From Bacteroidaceae bacterium (GTDB lineage Bacteria > Bacteroidota > Bacteroidia > Bacteroidales > Bacteroidaceae): a stretch of 64,000 bases of DNA. Position numbers and translations under genes: made by a program. Location: assembly GCA_017547585.1 (NCBI GenBank), contig JAFYPH010000062.1, positions 1,593 through 65,592 on the forward strand, written 5' to 3'. Shown piece after piece: positions 9,606-18,293 of this stretch (position 1 is the stretch's first letter; every line of letters starts with the position of its first letter). The notes under the pieces were generated by a model. It was not told where the DNA came from and made no database searches. It saw nothing but the letters and a program-made list of their open reading frames with translations.

Positions 9606-10463
9606 TTAAGATATTCTTGCACGTTTAATCATTATCTTTCCCACCATATTTATTGCCGCTGTTATAAGGAACAATATAAGGCCTATTGCAATGAGTGATG
9701 AGAGTCGCAGTCCATCGGCCTCGCCAAATTGGTTGGCAATGATTGATGCCATTGAGTTTCCGGTAGAGGTGATGGAATCGGGGATGTTATTTGTGTTTCC
9801 AATCAACATTGTCACAGTCATCGTCTCGCCCAATGCACGGCCGATGGCAAGCACATACGACGAGAAAATTCCCGAGCCCGCAACAGGGAACACCACCTTG
9901 CGGATAACCTCGGCACGCGTCGCTCCAAGGCTGTACGCACCCTCCTTAAGGTCATTCGGTACCATTTTTATGAATTCGGCACTGAGCGATGCGGCGTAAG
10001 GGATAATCATAATAGCCAAGACCAACGAGGCGGTGAGAATACCCGAACCCTGTTCCGAAATATCCAATGCCATTATAATCGGTCGCAAGGTGTAGAATCC
10101 CCACAGACCATAGATAATTGAGGGAATACCTGCCAATAGGTCTGTTACGGTGCTCAGTACGGCTGCGATCTTTGTTCCTTTAAAGTATTCTCCCACGAAT
10201 AATGCAACCGGAAGAGAAAAAGGAATACAGAATACAAGAGCCAACAAAGTAGTCATCAGCGTACCCGTAATGAAAGGCAACGCACCGTATTGTTCTGCAC
10301 CTTCAGTATAACTCCACTCCGAAGAGGTGAGAAACTTGAAGAATCCGAAATACTCAAAAGCATCGTACGCGTCAGTGACGAGAGCGTAGATAACACCCCC
10401 GCACACTGTCGGTACAATCAATGCAGCTATGAATAGAATTACTCTGTATATTTTATCGTTCAT
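9606..10463 (-). CDS. pstC: Phosphate ABC transporter permease PstC
   Basis: Multi-TM permease with the loop PNDLKEGAYSLGATRAEV; located between pstS and pstA. Confidence 0.9.
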   Translation of the reverse strand: MNDKIYRVILFIAALIVPTVCGGVIYALVTDAYDAFEYFGFFKFLTSSEWSYTEGAEQYGALPFITGTLMTTLLALVFCIPFSLPVALFVGEYFKGTKIAAVLSTVTDLLAGIPSIIYGLWGFYTLRPIIMALDISEQGSGILTASLVLAIMIIPYAASLSAEFIKMVPNDLKEGAYSLGATRAEVIRKVVFPVAGSGIFSSYVLAIGRALGETMTVTMLIGNTNNIPDSITSTGNSMASIIANQFGEADGLRLSSLIAIGLILFLITAAINMVGKIMIKRARIS

Positions 10464-10472
10464 AAAACTCTG

Positions 10473-11534
10473 TTATTGCAGTATAGCTGTTCCGTCAAAT
10501 GTAACAGTCTTCAGGTTCTTGAGGCTCAATTCCTTTGCCTTTTCAGGAAGCGGTGCGTAGTGAACTTCAGAAGTAATCTTTTGTGCATCGTCGGAGAGAA
10601 TATACTGCAAAAGGTCGAGTGTAGCGACTGCCTGTTCCTTTGAGCGGTCAGAGTAATTCTGCTCCTTGTAGATAATCATCCAAGTGAAGGTAGAGATAGG
10701 ATAAGCTCCTGCCGCATCGGAATTGGTAATTGAGCAACGTGTGTCCGCAGGAATCTCACCAGAAGCGGCTGCAGAGATACTTGCAGCTGTAGGCTCAACA
10801 ATCTCGCCACGCTGGTTCTGAATCTTTGCGTATGCAATCTTCTGTGCAAAGGCATACTCCGAGCCTACATAACCGATAGAGTTCTTTGTCTGCTTGACTA
10901 CACCAGCAACACCTGGGTTACCCTTTGCAGCCTGTCCCGATGGGAAGTTTACAGACTTGCCTGCACCGAATTTTTCTTTCCACATAGGGCTCACCTTTGT
11001 CAAGTAGTCGGTGAATACGAATGTAGTACCCGAGCCGTCTGAACGGAATACAGGGATGATGGCCTCGGCAGGGAGCTCTACACCAGGATTGAGTGCAGCC
11101 AAACGCTCATCGTTCCACATCTTGATATTGCCTGCAAAGATATCAGCGATAAGATCGCCTGAAAGGTTAAGGTTGTTTACACCATCAAGGTTGTAGGCAA
11201 GAACCACTGCTCCCATACAAGTAGGTACATGAATTACTGCGTTCATATCTGACATTTCCTTGTCGGAAAGGAAAGCATCACTACCCGCAAAATCCACAAT
11301 CTTGTCGCGCAGGTTACGTACACCGCCACCTGAACCGATACCGCCGTATGCTACGGCATCGCCATTAACCTGTGCAAACTCTTCGAACACCACATTGTAG
11401 AAAGGAAGAGGGAATGTTGCACCTGCTCCAGAAAGTTCCTGAGCCTTACGACCTTCGCTTGTTGCATTACCACCACAAGATACTGCTACTATAGCTAGTA
11501 TCAATGTCATTACTGATGAAAAAATCTTTTTCAT
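10473..11534 (-). CDS. pstS: Phosphate-binding lipoprotein PstS
   Basis: Lipoprotein signal MKKIFSSVMTLILAIVAVSCGG; PstS-type motifs GAGATFPLPFY, FRSDGSGTT. Confidence 0.9.
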   Translation of the reverse strand: MKKIFSSVMTLILAIVAVSCGGNATSEGRKAQELSGAGATFPLPFYNVVFEEFAQVNGDAVAYGGIGSGGGVRNLRDKIVDFAGSDAFLSDKEMSDMNAVIHVPTCMGAVVLAYNLDGVNNLNLSGDLIADIFAGNIKMWNDERLAALNPGVELPAEAIIPVFRSDGSGTTFVFTDYLTKVSPMWKEKFGAGKSVNFPSGQAAKGNPGVAGVVKQTKNSIGYVGSEYAFAQKIAYAKIQNQRGEIVEPTAASISAAASGEIPADTRCSITNSDAAGAYPISTFTWMIIYKEQNYSDRSKEQAVATLDLLQYILSDDAQKITSEVHYAPLPEKAKELSLKNLKTVTFDGTAILQ

Positions 11535-11558
11535 ATTGTTCTTTATTAAAGTGTGTTA

Positions 11559-12539
11559 TTAAAAACCAAAATAGCAATTTACATATGCCGAATATTCATT
11601 TTTTGCTCCATCGGCCTTGGGCATACTCATTCTGAAGTTAGGAGCAACCTTCACATATTTACCCAATTTAAATTGGGCACCGAGGATAGCTGCTTGTTCA
11701 TCCTTTGCTTTGTTCCAGTCGTTCTTTGAATCGAGGTCATCGAAACGCGCATAAACGTCGGCCGTTTTTGATAATTTTGTCGATGCCATCAGCGAGTATC
11801 CACTTTGGTCGGCGCCATCTTTGTGCGATGCGTTCTGCATGTAGTTGTATTCTGCTCCGATGCTGAAACTCTCGCATTTGTAACCAATGAACGCAGCCAT
11901 GTTCTTAACGTCCTCTTTGCCAGCCTCACTGCCTTCGTTCAATCCTCCGTACAGACGTATATTAAGGCCTTTAAGCGGGGTGAGAGTAACGCCTACACCG
12001 TAGTTTAATCCATCGTTTTTCTGAATTTTCTTATAGCCCTCGCCGTTTACTATAATAGCATCAGCTGATACCCAATCGGCAAATTTGTAGGCAACCGAAA
12101 GACCCAGGTCGGCACTGTTTCCGAATTTATATTGGTCTTGGAATGACTTCATAATGTAACGATAGCCCCAGAATTTCTCTTGAAAATTGAACTGTGTAGT
12201 CGAAATAAGACCTCCGTTCAATGTTAGGTCTCCTGTTTTCCACGAAACCATTGCATTCTTAATATAAGCAATGCGTTGATAGTCGCTGACATCTGAAGAC
12301 TTTCCAATATCCATTACTCCTTTTACGGACAGCTCTCTGTTTAGTTTGTATTCGTAGCCCAGATAGCTGCGCTCCAGTTCGAAACCTCTGTCGTCGTTGT
12401 TGCCTCCAAAGCCGGAGTGAAAGTTTCCGAACATCTGCACGATTGCTTTTCCTTTAACTTCTTCGCTTTTGACATCCTGCGCTTGCGCAGCGATGCCCAT
12501 GCAGGCCAAAATTCCTGCCAAGATTACTTTTCTTTTCAT
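11559..12539 (-). CDS. Outer-membrane beta-barrel porin linked to the pst operon
   Basis: Signal peptide ending AQAQ, alternating amphipathic beta-strand pattern, C-terminal aromatic residue (…NCYFGF). First gene of the co-directional pst cluster. Confidence 0.65.
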   Translation of the reverse strand: MKRKVILAGILACMGIAAQAQDVKSEEVKGKAIVQMFGNFHSGFGGNNDDRGFELERSYLGYEYKLNRELSVKGVMDIGKSSDVSDYQRIAYIKNAMVSWKTGDLTLNGGLISTTQFNFQEKFWGYRYIMKSFQDQYKFGNSADLGLSVAYKFADWVSADAIIVNGEGYKKIQKNDGLNYGVGVTLTPLKGLNIRLYGGLNEGSEAGKEDVKNMAAFIGYKCESFSIGAEYNYMQNASHKDGADQSGYSLMASTKLSKTADVYARFDDLDSKNDWNKAKDEQAAILGAQFKLGKYVKVAPNFRMSMPKADGAKNEYSAYVNCYFGF

Positions 12540-12778
12540 TGTCGTTTTTTGTGTTTAAATTTGACACTGCAAAAGTATCGGCATTTGATTTCAAAAATAT
12601 TTCAAAGAAAATGCACTTTTGTTAAAGTGGATGTAACCTGTATGAAACATACCTCATAGCCGGACGATTCCTGTTTTCACCATCGTCTGATGAAAATATT
12701 ACATTTTTATTAAATGTCATTCTGCATAGTATCAGACTCGATTATTCTCTTTATTTTTGCATAAATAATTAAGGTAAT

Positions 12779-13474
12779 ATGGCTGAACGTATATTGATAG
12801 TAGACGACGAAGAGACTCTGTGCGAGGTTCTTAAACTCAATCTCGAAAATGAGGGCTATGATGTTGATATTGCCTTCAGTGCCGAGCAGGCTCTCACGCT
12901 CGACCTTAAAAGCTATTCGCTCATTCTTCTCGACATTATGATGGGCGAAATAAGCGGAATAAAAATGGCCAAGATGATGAAGGCCGATGTTACTACCGCC
13001 GGCGTTCCCATTATCTTCTGCACGGCGCGCGACACAGAGGATGACATGGTCATGGGGCTGAATATCGGTGCCGACGACTATATTGTAAAGCCTTACACTG
13101 TGCGCAACGTCATTGCGCGCGTGAAGAGTGTGCTGCGCCGCACGGCCGGCCACAAAGGCGGTGCTCCCGCTGCCGAGCAGTCGAATACCTTGCAGGTCGA
13201 GGGGCTGCTGCTTGACCTTGAATTCAAACGCTGTATCGTAGACGGCGTCGAGGTTAAGCTTGCGCGCAAAGAATTCGAGCTTCTTGCCTACCTCATTTCG
13301 CACCGTGGAAAAATATGCTCGCGCGAGCAGATTCTCAGCAGGGTGTGGAGCGACGAGGTTGTGGTGCTCGACCGCACGATAGATGTTAATATCACCCGTC
13401 TGCGTTCCAAGATTGGTGCGTACGGCTCGTATATTGTAACGCGTTCAGGTTTCGGCTATGGCTTCCGTGATTAA
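12779..13474 (+). CDS. OmpR/PhoB-family response regulator
   Basis: Receiver domain (ILIVDDEE...LLDIMMGE) plus a winged-helix output (LARKEFELLAYL...GFGYGF). Divergent from pst, so PhoB-like by context. Confidence 0.85.
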   Translation: MAERILIVDDEETLCEVLKLNLENEGYDVDIAFSAEQALTLDLKSYSLILLDIMMGEISGIKMAKMMKADVTTAGVPIIFCTARDTEDDMVMGLNIGADDYIVKPYTVRNVIARVKSVLRRTAGHKGGAPAAEQSNTLQVEGLLLDLEFKRCIVDGVEVKLARKEFELLAYLISHRGKICSREQILSRVWSDEVVVLDRTIDVNITRLRSKIGAYGSYIVTRSGFGYGFRD

Positions 13475-14894
13475 ATTATCCTACCATAAGCGTCTCTTTT
13501 TGATGCTGCTCGCCTTTTCGTGGACAATCATCCTGTGCTTCGTGGGCTTTCAATATCTGCGCGAAAAGCAGTATAAGTCCGAGTTTCTCAATGCTCAGCT
13601 GCAATTATACAACAGCCATCTTGTGAGGGCAATAGAGAGTGGCGCCTCGGCCGAAGAGTTTATTGCGTCGCACGAGGCTCCTTTCGACGAATTGCGAATA
13701 TCGATAATCGCCCATTCGGGTGCGGTGGTGTACGACAATATGCTCTCTCTCGACTCTCTCGACAACCACAGCCGTCGCCCCGAGGTTGCCGCGGCATTGA
13801 AAAGTGGTGCCGCCTATAATATAGGGCGACTCTCGGCGAGTGACGGACGCGAATATTTCTACTCGGCCATGCGAGGCGAAAAGATGGTGGTGCGCACAGC
13901 GATTCCCTATTCTGCTTCGCTGCGCGAACTTCTTGAGGCTGACCGCACGTTCCTTGGAATCATGATGGCTGTCAGTCTGGCGATGAGCGTGCTTGCATTT
14001 TTGGGCACCCGACGCTTGGGAAAGAACATCGAGCGTCTGAACCGTTTCGCCGAGAAGGCCGAAAAGGGAGAGCCTTTCGATGATGATAAGATGTTCCCCA
14101 ACGACGAGCTTGGCTCAATCTCGAATCACATTGTACAGCTCTACAAGCAGTGGCAGCAGACGATAAAGGACAGGGATATTGCCCACGAGGCGGCGTTGCG
14201 CGAAGAGCAAGAGAAGATACGCATCAAGCGACAGCTTACAAACAATATCAACCACGAGCTCAAGACTCCGGTTGCCTCTATGCAGGTGTGTCTCGAGACG
14301 TTGCTGTCGGGCATCAATCTGAGCGAGGAGAAGAGGCTCGAGCTTATTGAAAGATGTTACACGAACAACGAACGTCTGCGTCGATTGTTGAGCGAGGCTT
14401 CGCTCATCACCCGCATGGAGGATGGCAGCCAGCTTATCGATAAAGAGTCTGTTATTGTGAACAATATTATCGACGAGATTGCCGAGGAGCTGCAAATTAT
14501 GCCCGAAGAGGAGCGTTTCGACCTCCACGTCGATTTTGACGAGCCTGTTATTGTGGGCGGCAACCCCTCGCTTATTGTCTCAATCTTCCGCAACCTTACA
14601 GAGAATGCCATTGCCTATTCGGGCGGAAAGAATATCTATATTTCATTGATAGAGAATAACGAGAGTCTGTGCCGCATCCGTTTCGAGGACGATGGCTGCG
14701 GTGTCGATGACAAGCATCTTTCGCGCCTCTTCGAGAGATTCTATCGCGTGGACAAAGGGCGCTCCCGCCAGATTGGTGGCACCGGCCTTGGCCTTGCCAT
14801 CGTGAAGCATGCGGTGCAGTTCCACGGCGGTACCATTATTGTCTCCAACCGTCCGGGTGGGGGATTGCGATTCGACTTTTTCCTTAGAAAATAG
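13458..14894 (+). CDS. Sensor histidine kinase (PhoR-like by context)
   Basis: Two TM segments, H-box NHELKTPV, N/G boxes (NLTENAIAYS, GGTGLGLAIVKH). Overlaps the regulator gene by 17 nt. Confidence 0.85.
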   Translation: MASVIKLSYHKRLFLMLLAFSWTIILCFVGFQYLREKQYKSEFLNAQLQLYNSHLVRAIESGASAEEFIASHEAPFDELRISIIAHSGAVVYDNMLSLDSLDNHSRRPEVAAALKSGAAYNIGRLSASDGREYFYSAMRGEKMVVRTAIPYSASLRELLEADRTFLGIMMAVSLAMSVLAFLGTRRLGKNIERLNRFAEKAEKGEPFDDDKMFPNDELGSISNHIVQLYKQWQQTIKDRDIAHEAALREEQEKIRIKRQLTNNINHELKTPVASMQVCLETLLSGINLSEEKRLELIERCYTNNERLRRLLSEASLITRMEDGSQLIDKESVIVNNIIDEIAEELQIMPEEERFDLHVDFDEPVIVGGNPSLIVSIFRNLTENAIAYSGGKNIYISLIENNESLCRIRFEDDGCGVDDKHLSRLFERFYRVDKGRSRQIGGTGLGLAIVKHAVQFHGGTIIVSNRPGGGLRFDFFLRK

Positions 14895-14903
14895 ATGGTG
14901 CAT

Positions 14904-14951
14904 AAAAATAGCAAGAGTGTACGGAACTTCCCGTACACTCTTGCTATTTTT
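14904..14951. terminator. Bidirectional terminator between the histidine kinase (+) and the GH78-like gene (-)
   Basis: 21-bp perfect stem aaaaatagcaagagtgtacgg / ccgtacactcttgctattttt with a 6-nt loop and A/T runs on both sides. It overlaps the stop codon of the minus-strand gene. Confidence 0.85.
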
Positions 14952-17145
14952 ATAGTGCTATTTTGTGTGTGCCTGCCGCAACCTTTTTTATGCTGCCGTC
15001 ACGCATTACAACTTCGGCGCTTGTGCCCTCGGGAACTTTCAGCTTCAGCTTGATGTTGCCGCCCTTGCGCTTCAACGAAACTTCAATCTTGCCGTAGATT
15101 GTCTCCAGCGAGGCTGCCGCTTCGTTCAGGTTGCCCATCCTCGGCGCCACCCTGAATGTGCGGAATGCGGGGCTCGTGGGTGCGATTCCGCATATTTTCT
15201 GGCTCAATATTGTCAGCGGGCCGCCGCTCCATGCGTGGTTGATGGTGCCGCCGCCGAAGCCGTCGTTACCGATGCCCCACCCCTCGAACAGGGTAGTGTA
15301 GTCATAGGCGAGCATATTTTTGTAGCGCTTTTTCATTCTGTCGATTGCGCATTTCTCCTCGCCCATAATGCACAGTGCTTCGAGCACATATTTCTCCATA
15401 TAGGGGCTCGCGTGGTACTCCTCGCCGAGCAATTTTGTAATCACGGGGTATTTCTCTTTGCGCGCGAGGCCCGAGACTACCGCCATTGCCTGTGCACGGT
15501 CGTCGGTGGCTCTTGTGTAGGCGGGGTTTCTGTATGCGGCTCCGTTCCAGAAACGTCTGTCGAAGGATGCTTCCATCCTCTCCATCATTCGTGTGCAGAG
15601 TGCTGCATCCTCGCTCTTGCCAAGCATCTGCGCAAACTCTCTCTCGGCCTTCAGGGCAAGATAGTACCAGCAGCAGGTGAGTACGTGAAGGTCGATGTTG
15701 CTGCCCCAGTCGCCCCAGCTCCAGTCGCCGTGGCGCACAAAGGGAATGCCGTCGCCGTCCGTCTGCCACACTTCGTGCAGGTAGCGGTGCAGTCCGTCGT
15801 AAATTTCGGCAACAAAGCTGCTGTCGCCACTATAAAAATAGTGCGTGTAGAATCCGTACCAGCCTACCGAGGCGAGCATCTGCAGGGGAAGCTCTTTGTT
15901 CCACGTGGTTGCGGGCATTGGCGAGAAGATGACTCCATCCTCGCGCTGCCATTTTATAAGCTCGCGTATGCCTTTCGAGGCCAGTTTATGGGCCGAGGGC
16001 GAGAGGGCGTAGAATGTCTCGCCAAGCTCGTTCACTTCGTCGCCCCACCACTGTGCGCGCTCGCGGTCGGGGCAGTCCATATATGTGTCGCGCATGGTTA
16101 CGTAGAGGGTGCGCGCCGAGCGTTTCCACAATTCATTCAGGAAGGGGTCGTCGCACAGGAAAGAGCCCGAAAACTCAGTATTGTAGCCTGTCTCGCGATA
16201 TTTTACGTCGATAATCTCAACGCCTTCGGGGAGAATGTAGTAAATTTCGTGGCCGTTCATCCATCCGTAGCTCTCGTACTCCTGCGTGCCGTCGCAGGTA
16301 ATATATTCGGCGCGCACATTGATGTCCGAGCCGCCGCGGTAGTTGTCGGTGGTAATATGGATGGTCTTTCCCGCCTCGGCCTTCACCTTTAGATAGGGGG
16401 TTACGTGGCAGTTGTAAGGCAGACGGCAGAAGAGTGTGTCGCCGTCGGGCGATTTTCGTGTCGCTGCATATTTTTTCATCCCGTAGTCCTTCCACTGGGG
16501 GATGGGGCGCTCCACAGCCTTGCCGAAGGGTGCGTCGCCGCTATTGGCAATTATTGCAGCCTTTTGCATGAAACTGTCTTCGAATTTATTCGTCTGCCAG
16601 CCTTCTATCTTTTCGCGTGCGTCGAAGCGGATGTTGCTCTCGGGCAGGCGGAAATTTGGGTGGGGCGCTTCGGTGCTTTTGTAGGCTGTGTAGACTGCCG
16701 CCTTCCAGCTGTCGTCGCTTTTTATCGTTTCTTCATCTATCTGTGCATCGAAGTAAAGGCCGCCCTTGCCGCTATTGTGGTGGCTGAAGCCTCCTTTGCC
16801 GAAAAACCATGTGAGCACGGCAATGCTGTTCTCGCCCTTTTTCAGATAGTTGGCAATGTCCACAATGTCGCAGTAGTGGTCGCCGGGGGCGGGGCCGCGC
16901 TTCAGACTGCCCTCGAACACCGCCAGCCTGCCGTTTATCCACAGCCAATATTTGCTGTCGGCGGCTATTCGTGCCAGGGCCTTGTCGGGCTTTCTGTCGA
17001 GAACTATCTTCTTGCGGAAAATCTGCCACATATTTTCACTGTGGTTGCAGTTGGCTGCGCATATCCATTTGCCGTCGTTGTCTGCTGCCTGTATGCAGAT
17101 GTTGAGCGCAAGCAGGCAAAAAATAAGCAGTAGGGCTCTTTTCAT
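14950..17145 (-). CDS. Alpha-L-rhamnosidase-like glycoside hydrolase (GH78-type six-hairpin domain), secreted
   Basis: Signal peptide MKRALLLIFCLLALNICIQA. Contains the MDCPDRERAQWWGD motif characteristic of GH78 catalytic domains and an N-terminal rhamnosidase-like domain (ARIAADSKYWLWINGRL). Confidence 0.7.
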   Translation of the reverse strand: MKRALLLIFCLLALNICIQAADNDGKWICAANCNHSENMWQIFRKKIVLDRKPDKALARIAADSKYWLWINGRLAVFEGSLKRGPAPGDHYCDIVDIANYLKKGENSIAVLTWFFGKGGFSHHNSGKGGLYFDAQIDEETIKSDDSWKAAVYTAYKSTEAPHPNFRLPESNIRFDAREKIEGWQTNKFEDSFMQKAAIIANSGDAPFGKAVERPIPQWKDYGMKKYAATRKSPDGDTLFCRLPYNCHVTPYLKVKAEAGKTIHITTDNYRGGSDINVRAEYITCDGTQEYESYGWMNGHEIYYILPEGVEIIDVKYRETGYNTEFSGSFLCDDPFLNELWKRSARTLYVTMRDTYMDCPDRERAQWWGDEVNELGETFYALSPSAHKLASKGIRELIKWQREDGVIFSPMPATTWNKELPLQMLASVGWYGFYTHYFYSGDSSFVAEIYDGLHRYLHEVWQTDGDGIPFVRHGDWSWGDWGSNIDLHVLTCCWYYLALKAEREFAQMLGKSEDAALCTRMMERMEASFDRRFWNGAAYRNPAYTRATDDRAQAMAVVSGLARKEKYPVITKLLGEEYHASPYMEKYVLEALCIMGEEKCAIDRMKKRYKNMLAYDYTTLFEGWGIGNDGFGGGTINHAWSGGPLTILSQKICGIAPTSPAFRTFRVAPRMGNLNEAAASLETIYGKIEVSLKRKGGNIKLKLKVPEGTSAEVVMRDGSIKKVAAGTHKIAL

Positions 17146-17263
17146 ATTATCGAGTGTATACTATCGGTTACGGTTGTATAATGAGTGTAGTCTATTTTAG
17201 CAATACGCATGTTGCAAAGATAGAAAAATATTGCTAAATTTGCTGTAAAGAACAAATATGTGC

Positions 17264-17409
17264 TGCACTCGCTGTGAAAATACTCAAACAAGTTTGATAT
17301 TTTTCGCTCGTTTGTTCATATATTTGAGGTAAACTCGAACATAGCTTGCACTCGCTGTGAAAATACTCAAACAAGTTTGATATTTTTCGCTCGTTTGTTC
17401 ATATATTTG
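17264..17409 (+). repeat. Perfect 63-bp direct repeat (17264-17326 and 17347-17409), each copy ending in a TATATTTG -7 box
   Basis: Base-by-base comparison: tgcactcgctgtgaaaatactcaaacaagtttgatatttttcgctcgtttgttcatatatttg occurs twice with a period of 83 bp. An internal TTTG lies 22 nt upstream of each -7 box. Confidence 0.95.
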
Positions 17410-17442
17410 CACAATACTGCAAATGCAGGTTACAAGCAAAAA

Positions 17443-17877
17443 ATGGCAGAGAAAAGAAAGAGAAACAATAAAAAGGTGCGTATCATTAATTTAGGTAAGA
17501 TACGCGACAAGCGCGGCAACCTTTCGGTTGTCGAGTCGGGAATCTCTCTGCCTTTTGAGATTGCGCGCACCTATTGGGTGTACGATGTTCCCGGAGGCGA
17601 GGCGCGTCAGGGACACGCATACTACAAGAGCGAGGAGTTTATAATTGCACTTTCGGGCAGTTTCGACCTTTTGGTGGACGATGGCAACGAGCGTACAACC
17701 TTTCATCTTGACCAATGCAACAAGGGAGTCTATATTCCCTCGGGCACGTGGCGCCATCTGCTGAATTTTGCAACGAATTCCATTGCGCTGGTGATAACCT
17801 CAACCGCCTATAGCCCCAAAGATTATATTCGCGACTACGATGCGTTTGTTGAACTTAAAAAGAGCCAAGCACTATGA
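17443..17877 (+). CDS. FdtA/WxcM-like sugar 3,4-ketoisomerase cupin (variant active-site motif GHAY)
   Basis: Start taken at MAEKRKRNNKK (33 nt after the second -7 box). Motifs DKRGNLSVVE...PFEIARTYWVYDVPGGEARQGHAY fit the WxcM-like/FdtA family. Confidence 0.75.
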   Translation: MAEKRKRNNKKVRIINLGKIRDKRGNLSVVESGISLPFEIARTYWVYDVPGGEARQGHAYYKSEEFIIALSGSFDLLVDDGNERTTFHLDQCNKGVYIPSGTWRHLLNFATNSIALVITSTAYSPKDYIRDYDAFVELKKSQAL

Positions 17878-18293
17878 AAGAGACTACCATAGACGATTGT
17901 CGCATAATAGAGCTTGGACGCCATCATGGAGCGAAGGGCAACCTCACCGAGGTCGAGAATGGCAAGGTGGCGGGCTTCGACACCGAGCGTGTCTTTTTCA
18001 TCTATGATATTCCCGGCGGAGCCTCGCGTGGCGGCCATGCTCACAAGACTCTGCGCGAGCTTATAGTGGCCGCGTCGGGCAGCTTCGACGTCTATGTGAA
18101 CGACGGCACCCGCGAACGCACGTTCCATCTTAACCGCCCCTCGCAGGCACTGCTGCTCTCGGCGGGCGTATGGGAAGAGCTCCGCGACTTTTCGAGCGGA
18201 GCGGTGGCTCTGGTGCTTGCCTCGCAACATTATGATGGCGAGGACTATATTCGCGATTTTGAACAGTTTATTGATTATAAGAAAGAACAATGA
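17874..18293 (+). CDS. FdtA/WxcM-like sugar 3,4-ketoisomerase cupin (canonical GHAH motif)
   Basis: 139 aa; [10 protein letters not shown]...[19 protein letters not shown]; 4-nt overlap with the preceding gene. Confidence 0.8.
   Translation: MKETTIDDCRIIELGRHHGAKGNLTEVENGKVAGFDTERVFFIYDIPGGASRGGHAHKTLRELIVAASGSFDVYVNDGTRERTFHLNRPSQALLLSAGVWEELRDFSSGAVALVLASQHYDGEDYIRDFEQFIDYKKEQ

Noticed and set aside
12540-12778. Pho-box annotation in the pst/phoB divergent region
   Set aside because: Only weak partial repeats are present (for example tgtcat...tgcat, ttttcacca/tgatgaaaa) and there is no established Bacteroidales Pho-box consensus to compare against. Any call would be guesswork.
14965-17133. 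Plus-strand ORFs of 475 aa and 242 aa inside the GH78-like gene
   Set aside because: Both are antisense to a gene with a clear signal peptide and GH78 motifs. Their composition is typical of frame-shadow ORFs.
17196-17238. Invertible promoter (inverton) hypothesis for the inverted repeats flanking -7 boxes (also 52948-52998)
   Set aside because: The spacers are only 23 and 27 bp, too short for site-specific inversion segments. No recombinase gene is nearby. The repeats are reported as possible operators instead.
17264-17409. CRISPR-array interpretation of the 63-bp and 108-bp (57943-58168) repeats
   Set aside because: Each has only two copies. The units are far longer than CRISPR repeats. 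The 108-bp copies are contiguous with no spacers, and the 63-bp copies are separated by only 20 bp. No cas genes are present in the window.
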